From Nitrosopumilales archaeon (GTDB lineage: Archaea; Thermoproteota; Nitrososphaeria; Nitrososphaerales; Nitrososphaeraceae), in the NCBI GenBank assembly GCA_044507735.1, contig JBIQJB010000026.1, forward strand, positions 1 through 29,169: 29,169 bases of DNA, read 5' to 3'. Positions 17,298 through 27,385 of the stretch are shown here, piece by piece (position 1 is the stretch's first letter; the number at the start of each line of letters is the position of its first letter). A model generated the notes under the pieces. It searched no databases. It was given only the letters and a program-made list of their open reading frames with translations, and was not told the origin of the DNA. A program made the position numbers and the translations under genes.

Positions 17298-18210
17298 CGT
17301 ACTGTGTCAAATCCTCTGCAGTGTTGACTGAAGCAAGCTCGTCGGGCCTTAGCAACAGGTATGCCGCCTTGAATCCTGGATATGCTTCAGCACAAGAGAA
17401 GAGCGTCATGACAGTACCATTGTGATCCAGCTTGAATCCTTGGCAGGGTTCATGACCTCTTACTATTGCCCTCGTGTTCGATAGGTCCAGCCACCTGCGC
17501 GAAATAGCACTGCCAAAATGCCTGCCAAAGCCTCTTCTTGACTGCTCCCAACCCGGCTCGCCGTTGATTTTCCGCGGATCGTTCCACAACAGTTCTTCAA
17601 GTGTTCTATTTCTTAGGTGATTCTCGCTAGCGAAGGCTATTGATTGTAAGGTCGTAGATTCTTCCGTAGGGAGCCCGCCGTGCACAAGTAGTAGTTTTTG
17701 CTTGATTATTGTAGCAAGCGAAAGCTGGGAAAACATTGACAGCATCTTGCGATAGACCTTCTTGCCGTTGTTCCCAAACCGCTCCTCGACTCTATATGGC
17801 AGGTCATGCGAACCGAACGGAAATTGTGCGGGTGCTTCATGGTTTCCTCTCATCAAGACTACGGAGTTAGGATGTCTGTATTTCAGATGACAGATGGAGT
17901 ATATCACCCCGACAGAGTCACTGCCTCTGTCTACATAGTCCCCAAGAAACACCATTTTGTTCATGGGGTTTGACAGAAATTTTTCGTAGTTCATTTCAGA
18001 CAGGATCTTGTAAAGAGACTTTGAATCACCATGTAAGTCACTTATGACCACAAGGTTTTCCAGCACGTCTATCTGCACGAGTCCTCCATTTACCCTGCCC
18101 CCAGCCAGACCTCCCTGCTGCCTTTCAGCCTGCAAGGCTGTCGCAGCTTGGTCTAGCTTTGTCATGATGCTTGACGCGTCTGCCGCAGCAGAGTCTTGTT
18201 CTAATTGCAA
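17281..18210 (-). CDS. PPP-family Ser/Thr protein phosphatase
   Basis: SDLHGD, GDYVDRG, RGNHE, VHGGLP, LLWNDP and RGHE motifs. Overlaps the tfb 3' end by 17 bp. Confidence 0.92.
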   Translation of the reverse strand: MQLEQDSAAADASSIMTKLDQAATALQAERQQGGLAGGRVNGGLVQIDVLENLVVISDLHGDSKSLYKILSEMNYEKFLSNPMNKMVFLGDYVDRGSDSVGVIYSICHLKYRHPNSVVLMRGNHEAPAQFPFGSHDLPYRVEERFGNNGKKVYRKMLSMFSQLSLATIIKQKLLLVHGGLPTEESTTLQSIAFASENHLRNRTLEELLWNDPRKINGEPGWEQSRRGFGRHFGSAISRRWLDLSNTRAIVRGHEPCQGFKLDHNGTVMTLFSCAEAYPGFKAAYLLLRPDELASVNTAEDLTQYVRFLE

Positions 18211-18984
18211 CAGACTCCAATTGCGTATCGAGGGTTAAATGTATTGCATGTGGAAGGTGATCCTGCGGAAAATGAATCATTGTCAAGGCAAATAGATCAG
18301 AGGTCCTATGTGCTCCGATGAATGCAAGCGTACTCTTGAATTTGGTTGGGAGCATAATTGCCCAAGGGGAGATAAAGTCTCTCTGGCTAGCAGGAGGAAG
18401 AAGATATTCAATAATCCCAGCCGAGCTGAGCCCTATGGTAGCCTGTCTTCATAGATGCGAAAAGGGCATTTTGATCCATCATGCATCCGCTGCTGATGAC
18501 TATGTCGAAAGCATAATCAGTGTGGGCCGCGATAAAGATGTCAAAGCAGTTGTCCATGGATCTGGCGATGAATTATTCGATCTGCTGCCAGTGCAAAGGA
18601 GGTAATTGAATGCAAACAGCGAGTACGAAAGAAAGATCATGCCGCCCTTGTTGCACAGGGCAGAGAAGATAATTTCCAACAGTCAGTTGATAGTCGATTG
18701 CTGTCTGAGATCTTTAAGATGAAAGTAGCGCCACGCAGGATTCGACGACCGACAAACATTGCAGAAGAGATCAGGAATCTGACCACCATTTCACCCTGCT
18801 CTATTGGCTATGTGGTCAACTTTGGTATGGCAAGGATCGAGCAGGTGTGATGCAACCACCGCGTCAGCAATGGCAGCTTGAGAATGCAACTGGAATCTGG
18901 GTATAGAACGAATCTTCTATTTGCTTGTTGGACTAGAAAGTTCGTTTATCATTAAATCCAATAGCAATAGAGGTTCTATAGAAA

Positions 18985-19287
18985 TTGCCACTAAATGCAG
19001 CAGGTTGGAGTAACAGAGGATGGCTAGAGATAATAGAGTTCATCCTCCTAATGTGTGAGAACGGCGCAAGAAAAACGCATGTGATGTACCGCTGCAACCT
19101 GAACTCGAAGCAAATAAACCAGTACCTCGACTTTCTGTTGGATAGCGGTATGCTAGAGATGATACAGGAGCGTCCGAGCTCGAAGCGATACATCTACAAG
19201 ACTACAGATCTTGGCAAAAAGTTCATTTCGCACTACAAGCAACTGGCATCTCTCTTCACAAAGGCCCCGCCACAATCACTGACGTGA
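18985..19287 (+). CDS. Winged helix-turn-helix transcriptional regulator
   Basis: RGWLEIIEFIL...GARKTHVMYRCNLNSKQINQYL..L...G...YKTTDLG pattern. Confidence 0.88.
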   Translation: MPLNAAGWSNRGWLEIIEFILLMCENGARKTHVMYRCNLNSKQINQYLDFLLDSGMLEMIQERPSSKRYIYKTTDLGKKFISHYKQLASLFTKAPPQSLT

Positions 19288-19357
19288 ACGAAATTTCTAT
19301 CCAATAGTTCCACTCTAATTATATGAAATGTATGTTGTATTTGAAGGGGCTTAATAA

Positions 19358-19654
19358 ATGAAGAACCGCAGTCGCTACGAGGTAATAGCAGCTATATTAA
19401 AGTCGGTGACAAAAGAGGAAACGCGTACAAAGATAATGTACAAGGCGATGTTGAGTAACGACCAATGCAAGTTGTACCTTGACTCGCTAATAAAGACAGG
19501 TCTAGTACATGAAGTTAGCAATGGTGACAAGACGCTTTATCGGATAACACCAAAGGGCACCAAATTCCTTTCATACTATGACCAGATGAAGGAGCTCTTG
19601 CCCGTTGGGATAGAGGAAAACCTTGCTGACGAATATTATCACCTGAGCACATAA
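19358..19654 (+). CDS. Winged helix-turn-helix transcriptional regulator
   Basis: RSRYEVIAAIL...TRTKIMYKAMLS..Q...YL..L...GLV...YRITPKG pattern; TATA-like TTATATGA about 30 nt upstream. Confidence 0.88.
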   Translation: MKNRSRYEVIAAILKSVTKEETRTKIMYKAMLSNDQCKLYLDSLIKTGLVHEVSNGDKTLYRITPKGTKFLSYYDQMKELLPVGIEENLADEYYHLST

Positions 19655-19681
19655 GCGAAGACGGAGGCGATGCTGACGCAA

Positions 19682-21145
19682 CTATACGACTGGCTCGAGC
19701 GTGATCTCATGCCTGTCTGGAACCACTGCATATAGTGTGGTGGCAGGGACAAGCGACTGCAGGAAAAGCGTGTCGCTTATCATCAGCAGACGCAGATGCA
19801 CGTCGGAGACTTCTGAAAGGTATTCCAGCACATCGTGCTGCGAGTGGCTGATGATAATGGAGAGATCTGCATTTGATTTCATGTCTGCCATCATATTTTC
19901 CAATACATTTTTTATTTCTCTTTGTCCGTAAAACTTCTGAAGTATGTCCGTCCCCATAATATTCAGCAGCAGCTTGTTGTGATATTTTTTCCGCAATTTG
20001 CTGAGTGCAAGTACAGATGGATTGGTTCCATCTTGCTGCTTCTTCTTATTGACTGTGAAGACATTTTTCTTGATCGCCGTCATACTCTCCCCCACTCTGC
20101 CAGTCCAGAGTATCTTGAAAAGATCTTTCTTGGATGGGGGTATTGACGGCCCAACATAGCTCATTACAGTTTGCGGATCCATCCAGTCAAAAGGCTGGAA
20201 CATCACCGGGTTACCAGCTGAGACAAAGTTCGAGACCATCCTCTCAATGAATGCCATTGCGACTACTGTGTTCACGTGCGAATCCAGTTCAAGCAGGACA
20301 ACACCTTTTCTTGGAAAGCCGCCGCCAAGAGATGCATCTAGAGTTGGATATCCGCTCCTTATGTGGTCTGAGGATGCAATGCCATCGCTGAAGGATCTTG
20401 TGACTTTCTTACGGGACTCTGGTTGAAACTTGATGGGCCTGTATGGGGCAAAGCTCCGGAATACATTGTTGTCAAGAGTGTAGATATATGAAGATCGTTC
20501 TATTCTCACACCTCGCAATTTTAGCAAAAGGATCTCGCGCACGCGCACACTTTCCATGTAGCTCTGTCTTAGCTCCACGATCCCGTCTACAAGGAAATCA
20601 AGCGTGGTATCATCGGGATGCTCACTAATGAATATCAATTTGGCACCTGCCCTCTCCCTCCAAGTTTGGAGCACCCTCTCATTATTCAGTCGCGCCTCTT
20701 TGTCCATAAAGGATGCGATCGCATCCCAGCTATCGATAATAATTATTGGCGATGCGATATCCATCAACTGGTTGGTGATGCGCTCAAAGAGTGACTCAGG
20801 TTCATCTAGCCTCGCATCTTCAAAGCTTGGCGTGAGGTTGTATTCTTGTGCCTCTGCCGGATTGGAGGGCTTTGGCAGCTCGACAAATTTGCTCAACCAA
20901 GGGTAGTATTGGAATAGCTGCTTTGGTGAAATCCTGGTAGAAATGTAGAAAAAGTTGTTCCTGCTCCCAAGGGTCTTCAGAATGGTGAGAGCAAGCGTAG
21001 TCTTTCCGGTGCCTGCAAAACCCTTGATGAGAAGCGAATACGTGTCGCGCTCTATAAAGCGCATTAGCTCATCAGGCAAGTTTATCGGGCCGCCATTTTC
21101 CCTCTCCGCATTGGTTGATGAAGATGAAGATGATGATTCTGCCAC
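19682..21145 (-). CDS. GvpD/KaiC-like two-domain RecA-superfamily ATPase
   Basis: Domain 1 has Walker A GFAGTGKT, Walker B IIIIDSWD and KLRG. Domain 2 begins SGYPTLDASLGGGFP but lacks a Walker A Lys. Start placed at the GTG at 21145 because of a GGTGA Shine-Dalgarno 7 nt upstream; the track start is 21232. Confidence 0.88.
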   Translation of the reverse strand: MAESSSSSSSTNAERENGGPINLPDELMRFIERDTYSLLIKGFAGTGKTTLALTILKTLGSRNNFFYISTRISPKQLFQYYPWLSKFVELPKPSNPAEAQEYNLTPSFEDARLDEPESLFERITNQLMDIASPIIIIDSWDAIASFMDKEARLNNERVLQTWRERAGAKLIFISEHPDDTTLDFLVDGIVELRQSYMESVRVREILLLKLRGVRIERSSYIYTLDNNVFRSFAPYRPIKFQPESRKKVTRSFSDGIASSDHIRSGYPTLDASLGGGFPRKGVVLLELDSHVNTVVAMAFIERMVSNFVSAGNPVMFQPFDWMDPQTVMSYVGPSIPPSKKDLFKILWTGRVGESMTAIKKNVFTVNKKKQQDGTNPSVLALSKLRKKYHNKLLLNIMGTDILQKFYGQREIKNVLENMMADMKSNADLSIIISHSQHDVLEYLSEVSDVHLRLLMISDTLFLQSLVPATTLYAVVPDRHEITLEPVV

Positions 21146-21273
21146 GCAATATTCACCACAAGACCACGAGACGCCTCTTGAACCGTTGGTTATCATGATG
21201 CGTTCCTTATTAAATATTGAGCTATTAGTCACGATTTGTTAAAACAATATAAAATACTCTGGCCAACCAAAAA

Positions 21274-21609
21274 TTGTCGTTGGATTTTGATGATGCCTGG
21301 CTCGAAGTAAGGTCGTGTGATGATGGTAGTATTCCGGCAACAGAAGCCGATAGTAGCGGCATACTCAAGGTACCTGCAATATCTGAGGCACTAGAGGCCG
21401 CTGCAGTTGCCAACAGATACCCGTCCGCGGGCATGTGGGACTTTTCACGCAGGCTGGTCCTGGACGAGGTTGTAGTCATACGTAACACGCTAGAACAAGC
21501 CAAGGTGACAGAAGATACCAGGTCTAGATCACATTCTATCAACGTGTCCTACAAGGGCTCATGCTATACCCTCACGCTTTTCGAAGTCAAGAAAACACTG
21601 CTAACCTGA
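21274..21609 (+). CDS. Hypothetical protein (111 aa), divergent from the ATPase
   Basis: TTG start about 20 nt after TATAAAAT; protein-like alpha/beta composition; no recognised motif. Confidence 0.65.
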   Translation: MSLDFDDAWLEVRSCDDGSIPATEADSSGILKVPAISEALEAAAVANRYPSAGMWDFSRRLVLDEVVVIRNTLEQAKVTEDTRSRSHSINVSYKGSCYTLTLFEVKKTLLT

Positions 21610-22392
21610 ACCAGTCCCTATTCATACGTGGGCGGCCGTTGACCTGTTGCTCTTGTCGTCATCGACGGCGTCATTTACCTGCCACAGAAATCCTTGTTAG
21701 CACGAATCGAATGGGCATGTGTGGTTTGAGGCTCAACGACGCTGAGTGGACATAGAATCTGCATTCTGTCGGGGCGACTTGGGGTGAACCCTTCTTGTGG
21801 ATTGCAAAAACAAGAACTAGCCGTGGATGACAACACCGGGTACGGCGCGCTAGATATTGTACGACCTGTGCCAGCTGCTTTCATCAAGTTCTAACTGAAG
21901 GGGGACAGGCGAGACGAGGAGGATGAAATGACTGTAAGATGAATGGGATTAAATCAACTAGCATGATAACCCACTTTAGTCATACACAATTCTTCGGGAC
22001 AGTCTCAAGACTACAGACATTTCACTCTCGCGGACGCCGGAGGCAGCATAAGACCATGCCCTCAAGATGTTTTTTGGGATCACATGCTGATGCCTGCAGA
22101 TCCACTCTCCACCATAGTTCCAATTAACCCGGAAGCGAGCACACAGGAGCGACTGCTGAAAGGATCAGAACAAATCTCAAACTTGGTGAGTACTTGTTCA
22201 CACAGATTTTTACTTCGGCTTGATGGAAATCAGACAGTCTTGGCAACTCAAAGGGAGATGATCATAATTTTGCGGAGGAAATATGTCGATCTCCCTTGAA
22301 GTCATACCAGAACCGTGCCGGCTCTTGCTACTTCTAGCTTGGGGGTCCCAAAACCTCTTTTCCTCATACTCTCGCAGATTATCTTTGTAAGT

Positions 22393-22602
22393 ATGGGAAA
22401 AGAAAGAATTGTCACAATAATGATTCCAATTGGACTATTTGGAGGCCTAGTGGGAGGGCCAATAGCCAGCTTGGCGGATTATCACGCTCCTCCAGAGAGG
22501 AGGTTCTGGCTCTTTATTATCCCAGAGTTCATCGGTTTTGCTTGTCTCGTATTGATAGTAATCTACGGAAAATCAAGAAAGAAGATCTCAAATGAATCTT
22601 GA
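22393..22602 (+). CDS. Small two-TM membrane protein (69 aa)
   Basis: MGKERIVTIMIPIGLFGGLVGGPIA...FWLFIIPEFIGFACLVLIVIYGKSRKK: two hydrophobic helices with basic flanks. Confidence 0.55.
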   Translation: MGKERIVTIMIPIGLFGGLVGGPIASLADYHAPPERRFWLFIIPEFIGFACLVLIVIYGKSRKKISNES

Positions 22603-22770
22603 ACGGAATGTTCCGCTTTTGTCACCTTGGCACAATTTTGCTATTCAAAATATGAATACCGTTGCAATGTTCCAGAATTGGACCCGAGCGTGTTTGTTTG
22701 CTGATTTCCTATGACCTGTAGATTCCATTGCAGAGAAGCTTTAAATCCACTCCAAAAAGAAAGCCTGTTA

Positions 22771-23544
22771 TTGTCGCAGAAACTTGCCTTGATAAAGCTG
22801 GGAGGCTCTGTCGTCACATTCAAGGACAAGCCGCTTGAGGCCAATACTATTGCAATTGATAGCATTTCACGTGTTCTTGCGCAGCTTGCTGTGCCATCGA
22901 TAATCGTACATGGTGGCGGCTCATTCGGCCACTATTGGTCCGTAAAATATGACATGCACACCAAGCCTGCTGAATACGATCCACATGGTGTGTCGGTGGT
23001 ACATGAGTCGATGATCGCGCTCAACCAGACAATCATCAACTCGATGATTGGGGCAGGGTTAAACCCCTACGGCATCCCTCCCTCTGTTTTCACATCAGGT
23101 CACAAGCCAATTTCAACCAAGATAAAGCAAATTCATGTAATGTCTCGATCAAAGGTCACCCCGGTGACATTTGGCGATGTCGTACACATGCAAGGCGCAA
23201 AATATTCGATCCTGTCCGGCGACGCGCTCATGACGATTCTAGCCCGGGAACTGCGACCTTCGAAGGTAATCTTTGCTACAAACGTTGACGGGATCTATAA
23301 AGACATGAAGAGTAAGGAGTTGGTCGCTGAAATAAGAGCTACAGGCAAAAGGTCCATTACCTTCTCAAAAGAGTCAGTGGCCGATGTCACAGGCGGAATG
23401 CAGAGAAAAGTCACAGAAGCATTTAAGATTGCATCATACGGGATGGATGTATTGATGGTAAACGGGCTTGTACCGGAACGAATCAGAGAGGCTATTGAGA
23501 ACAGGCTGCAAGTAGGTACTGTGGTAAGAGGGAGCAGGAGATAG
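22771..23544 (+). CDS. ipk: Isopentenyl phosphate kinase
   Basis: IKLGGSVVT.K, VHGGGSFGH, ILSGD and DVTGGM motifs. TTG at 22771 lies 24 nt after TTTAAAT (22740-22746). Confidence 0.93.
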   Translation: MSQKLALIKLGGSVVTFKDKPLEANTIAIDSISRVLAQLAVPSIIVHGGGSFGHYWSVKYDMHTKPAEYDPHGVSVVHESMIALNQTIINSMIGAGLNPYGIPPSVFTSGHKPISTKIKQIHVMSRSKVTPVTFGDVVHMQGAKYSILSGDALMTILARELRPSKVIFATNVDGIYKDMKSKELVAEIRATGKRSITFSKESVADVTGGMQRKVTEAFKIASYGMDVLMVNGLVPERIREAIENRLQVGTVVRGSRR

Positions 23545-23548
23545 TTAC

Positions 23549-24643
23549 TTGCCGGATCCAAATGACGCGCCTTCGGAAATTGACATCATAAAGCAGCGAA
23601 AGAAGGATGGAATAGATATACCGCTCCATAAAAATGTGCAGGCGAGATCTGCATCAACATATCTAGAGTATGTCAAACTGGTGCACAATGCACTGCCCGA
23701 ACTAGACTATGACGATATTGACACCTCGACAACATTTCTTCGACGAAAATTCTCCGCACCACTCATAATTGACTCGATGACGGGCGGAACGGATGAAGCC
23801 ACAGTTATCAACGGTAGGCTTGGGGAGCTTGCAGAAAAGTACGGCCTTGGGATGGGGCTTGGTAGTCAGAGGGCCGGTTTGAAGAGTGAGGAGCTTGCAG
23901 CTACCTATTCCATAGCAAGAAAGAATGCCCCAAACGCCTTCTTGATTGCAAACATCGGTGGTGCACAACTCGCCAAGGGAATGACGACGGACGAAGTACG
24001 AAAGATCGTGAAAATGATCAATGCAAATGCACTAGTCGTACATTTGAACCCTCTGCAGGAGCTTGTCCAACCAGAGGGGGAGCCTCGATACAAGGGGGTA
24101 CTTGGCAGGATTTCTGAACTGGCAAAGACGATAGATGTTCCTGTAATTGTTAAGGAAGTGGGTGCCGGAATTTCAAGAGAAGTGGCGATAAAACTAGAGA
24201 TGTCAGGCGTTTCGGCGGTCAATGTTGCCGGCGCTGGTGGTACAAGCTGGGCCGGTGTGGAGAAACTGCGGGCTGAAGCAATGAAGGACGACCTCAAGCG
24301 CCACCTTGGAGAAATATTCTGGGACTGGGGCATACCAACTGCTGCAAGCCTGATTGAAGTAAGAAGGGCCGTAAAATTGCCCCTAATCGCGTCAGGTGGC
24401 CTACGAAATGGGGTTGAAGTCGCAAAGTGCATTGCGCTTGGTGCGAACATGGCTGCAATGGCGTATCCATTCCTGCGCGCTGCGGCGCAGTCACGTGAAG
24501 CACTGTTTGCGTTTGCAGACATGGTCCTTGCAGAACTCAAAAGCACGATGTTCCTCGTTGGTGCAAGAAACATCCCCGCGCTTGCGAGCTCAAGATATAT
24601 ATTGACAGGAGCGCTAGCACAGGAGGTTAGTAGCCGTACATGA
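23549..24643 (+). CDS. fni: Type 2 isopentenyl-diphosphate delta-isomerase
   Basis: SMTGG, GSQRA, HLNPLQE..QPEG, KEVGAG, GAGGTSW, WGIPTA and ASGGLR motifs. Confidence 0.96.
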   Translation: MPDPNDAPSEIDIIKQRKKDGIDIPLHKNVQARSASTYLEYVKLVHNALPELDYDDIDTSTTFLRRKFSAPLIIDSMTGGTDEATVINGRLGELAEKYGLGMGLGSQRAGLKSEELAATYSIARKNAPNAFLIANIGGAQLAKGMTTDEVRKIVKMINANALVVHLNPLQELVQPEGEPRYKGVLGRISELAKTIDVPVIVKEVGAGISREVAIKLEMSGVSAVNVAGAGGTSWAGVEKLRAEAMKDDLKRHLGEIFWDWGIPTAASLIEVRRAVKLPLIASGGLRNGVEVAKCIALGANMAAMAYPFLRAAAQSREALFAFADMVLAELKSTMFLVGARNIPALASSRYILTGALAQEVSSRT

Positions 24644-25647
24644 AGGCAAGCAGCATCAAGAGCGAGCTGGAATCATCCGCTTCTGCCGTAAATGAGTTCA
24701 TACTTTCGTTCCTTGAGGGCAAACCAAGAGAACTATATCAGGCCTCGTCCCACCTGATACGTACAGGGGGCAAGCGACTGCGCCCGTTCATGGTCATAAA
24801 AGGCTGTGAAATGCTTGGTGGGACCGTAAAGAGGGCCCTTCCAGCAGCCGCAGCAGTAGAACTGGTACACAATTTTACCCTGGTGCATGACGACATTATG
24901 GACAATGACGAAATGCGTCACGGCACAGAGACTGTGCATCGTTACTATGGGATGCCGCTTGCCATACTGGCAGGAGATATCCTATTTTCAAAATCATTTG
25001 AGCTTATTACTTTTAACGGCCGAAAAGTTGGCATTGCTGACAAGGATATTACCAATATGGTTGCCCTACTCTCGAGGGCATGCACCGAGATTTGTGAGGG
25101 TCAAGCCACGGACATTGGGTTCGCGTCAAGCAGCAAGTTCCCAAAAGAGCAAGATTATATCAAGATGATAGGCAAGAAGACAGCTGCGCTCTTTGAAGTT
25201 TCATGTGCGCTAGGTGCACTCGCAGCGCCAAGTCACACTGAAAGCGATGTCGATAACCTCTCTTCGTTTGGAAGAAACATTGGCATTGCATTCCAGCTTG
25301 TTGACGATCTGATAGGTGTGATAGGCGATCCCAAGTTGACTGGCAAGGCTGCAGGAAATGACATTAGGGAAGGCAAAAAGACATATCCGATACTCCTTGC
25401 CCTGAGCAATGCAAAGGACAAGGATCGAGACAAGATCCTGAAAGTCTTTGGATCAAAAACAGCATCAAGCAATGACATCAAGGAGGCTGTCAGGGTGATT
25501 TCTGACATTGGCATAGAAAGGGATGTGCGGAACTCGGCAAGGAAGTACATGAATGATGCGCTGAAGGCGATTGATGGATATGGTGACTCTGACGCCAAGA
25601 GGTCACTCGAGTTCTCAGCCGATTTTGTAGTGGGCAGGAGTCTGTGA
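24640..25647 (+). CDS. idsA: Geranylgeranyl diphosphate synthase (polyprenyl synthetase)
   Basis: GGKRLRP, FARM NFTLVHDDIMD (archaeal-type Phe at -5), GQ..D, KTA and SARM FQLVDD; ATGA overlap with fni. Confidence 0.93.
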   Translation: MKASSIKSELESSASAVNEFILSFLEGKPRELYQASSHLIRTGGKRLRPFMVIKGCEMLGGTVKRALPAAAAVELVHNFTLVHDDIMDNDEMRHGTETVHRYYGMPLAILAGDILFSKSFELITFNGRKVGIADKDITNMVALLSRACTEICEGQATDIGFASSSKFPKEQDYIKMIGKKTAALFEVSCALGALAAPSHTESDVDNLSSFGRNIGIAFQLVDDLIGVIGDPKLTGKAAGNDIREGKKTYPILLALSNAKDKDRDKILKVFGSKTASSNDIKEAVRVISDIGIERDVRNSARKYMNDALKAIDGYGDSDAKRSLEFSADFVVGRSL

Positions 25648-25650
25648 CAA

Positions 25651-27378
25651 GTGCCACTGGACGCGGAAACTGAGAAATTCATCAAAGTCAATGCGCTCAA
25701 GAACGCAGTCGAGCACGGTGGGAAGTCGCAACCTGATGTGGTGGTAAGCAGGCTCGCAGGGTCAAGACCCGATCTTCGCAGTCAGCTAAAATCGCTGATC
25801 CCCGAAATCAAGGCAATCGTTCAGCAGATAAACGCTATGACACTCTCAGAGCAGAAACGATTGCTGGATGAACTTGCGCCAGGCGAGTCTGTTCCCAAGA
25901 AACCGGCAGGAGAACAGCAATCGATGCAACTACCGCCGCTTGAAGGTGCTGTGCACGGGAAAGTCGTCACTCGCTTTCCGCCGGAGCCAAATGGCTATCC
26001 TCACATAGGTCATGCCAAGGCTGCAATAATTGACGAAGAATACGCCCGCATGTATGACGGTAAGCTGATACTGCGTTTCGATGATACTAACCCCCTAAAG
26101 GAGAAGCTAGAATATTATCATGCTATTGCAGAAGGGTTGGAGTGGCTCGGAATAAAGCCAGATCTTGTCAAGAACACTTCCGACGACATTGAGTTATTGC
26201 ATGATTTTGGAAGGAAATTGATCGAGGTTGGTGGAGCATACGTGTGCACCTGCAGCCAGGATCGAATTCATGATCTTCGCGGGAAGGGGCTACCGTGCGA
26301 ATGCAGGCAGGATCCTGAGATGGCGATTGAACGGATGCCCAAAATGTTCGGTGGCTCATATGGACCAAATGACGCCATCGTGCGTTTCAAGGGCGACATG
26401 GCCGACCAAAATACTGCAATGCGTGACCCTACGCTGTTTAGGATAATTGAAGGCGAGCATCCGTTGCTTGGAAGCAAGGTGCGCGTCTGGCCGACATATG
26501 ATTTTGCTGCTCCCATTGAAGACAGCCTTGATGGCGTGACACACGCCATGCGAACTAAGGAATACGAACTCAGAAACCCTCTTTATTACGCAATACTCGA
26601 AAGACTGCAATTGCGCAAGCCGATAATGATCGAGTTTTCAAGACTAGAGTTTGAAGGAATGCCTGTTTCTAAGAGAAAGATAAAGCCCCTCATAGACAAC
26701 GGCATTGTAGAGAGCTGGGACGACCCGCGCCTACCAACGCTAGCGGGCTTGAAAAGAAGGGGATTTGTGCCTGATGCTATCCGCAAGTTCGTCCTATCGC
26801 TCGGGTTTACTCTTGCAGAAACAAAGCCCCCATTTGAAGCACTAGAAGCCTTCAACAGGAAAATAGTTGACCCTGTATCACCCCGGTTGTTTTTCGTTAG
26901 AGACCCTGTAGAGCTATTCGTCAAAGGCGCCAAGGAAGCCGAAGTGGTTCTAAAGAACCACCCGACAGATGCACGCCTTGGGACGAGAAAGGTCAGGGTT
27001 GGAGATAGGTTCTATATCGCTAATGAGGACGCTACTCGACTCAAGGTCGGAGATGAGATAAGACTGATTGAACTTTACAACGTCAAGATAACTGGCATCA
27101 CTAAGAACCTTATAACGGCGGAAATTGGGAGCGACGAAATCCGCCAGTCAATGCCCAAGATTCAGTGGATTGCAAAGAATGATATAGTTGAGTACAAGGT
27201 ATTGATTCCCAAGGCACTGTACGCGGGTGAAGAATATAATACGAACAGCCTCGAAATTGCGCGAGGTTTTGCAGAATCTTTCGTGTCTGGCCTTAGGTCA
27301 GATGCACGGGTCCAGTTCGTGAGATTTGGATTCTGCAGGATAGATGATAGCCAAACCGCAATAATGACGCACAGGTAA
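25651..27378 (+). CDS. gltX: Glutamate--tRNA ligase (archaeal type)
   Basis: RFPPEPNGYPHIGH, RFDDTNP, PTYDFA, VSKR and WDDPRLPT motifs; C-terminal QFVRFGF. Confidence 0.97.
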   Translation: MPLDAETEKFIKVNALKNAVEHGGKSQPDVVVSRLAGSRPDLRSQLKSLIPEIKAIVQQINAMTLSEQKRLLDELAPGESVPKKPAGEQQSMQLPPLEGAVHGKVVTRFPPEPNGYPHIGHAKAAIIDEEYARMYDGKLILRFDDTNPLKEKLEYYHAIAEGLEWLGIKPDLVKNTSDDIELLHDFGRKLIEVGGAYVCTCSQDRIHDLRGKGLPCECRQDPEMAIERMPKMFGGSYGPNDAIVRFKGDMADQNTAMRDPTLFRIIEGEHPLLGSKVRVWPTYDFAAPIEDSLDGVTHAMRTKEYELRNPLYYAILERLQLRKPIMIEFSRLEFEGMPVSKRKIKPLIDNGIVESWDDPRLPTLAGLKRRGFVPDAIRKFVLSLGFTLAETKPPFEALEAFNRKIVDPVSPRLFFVRDPVELFVKGAKEAEVVLKNHPTDARLGTRKVRVGDRFYIANEDATRLKVGDEIRLIELYNVKITGITKNLITAEIGSDEIRQSMPKIQWIAKNDIVEYKVLIPKALYAGEEYNTNSLEIARGFAESFVSGLRSDARVQFVRFGFCRIDDSQTAIMTHR

Positions 27379-27385
27379 AAGCAAA

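Noticed and set aside
18318-18850. Short plus-strand ORFs, including GSGDELFD resembling asparagine synthase
   Set aside because: The match is only a few residues, the frames are fragmented, and no other family motif is present.
19682-21145. Gas-vesicle operon or circadian clock
   Set aside because: No gvpA-type or kaiA/kaiB genes are in the window, and the second ATPase domain is degenerate.
21760-21893. DDNTGYGALD resembling a subtilase C-terminus
   Set aside because: An isolated short match with no catalytic motifs nearby.
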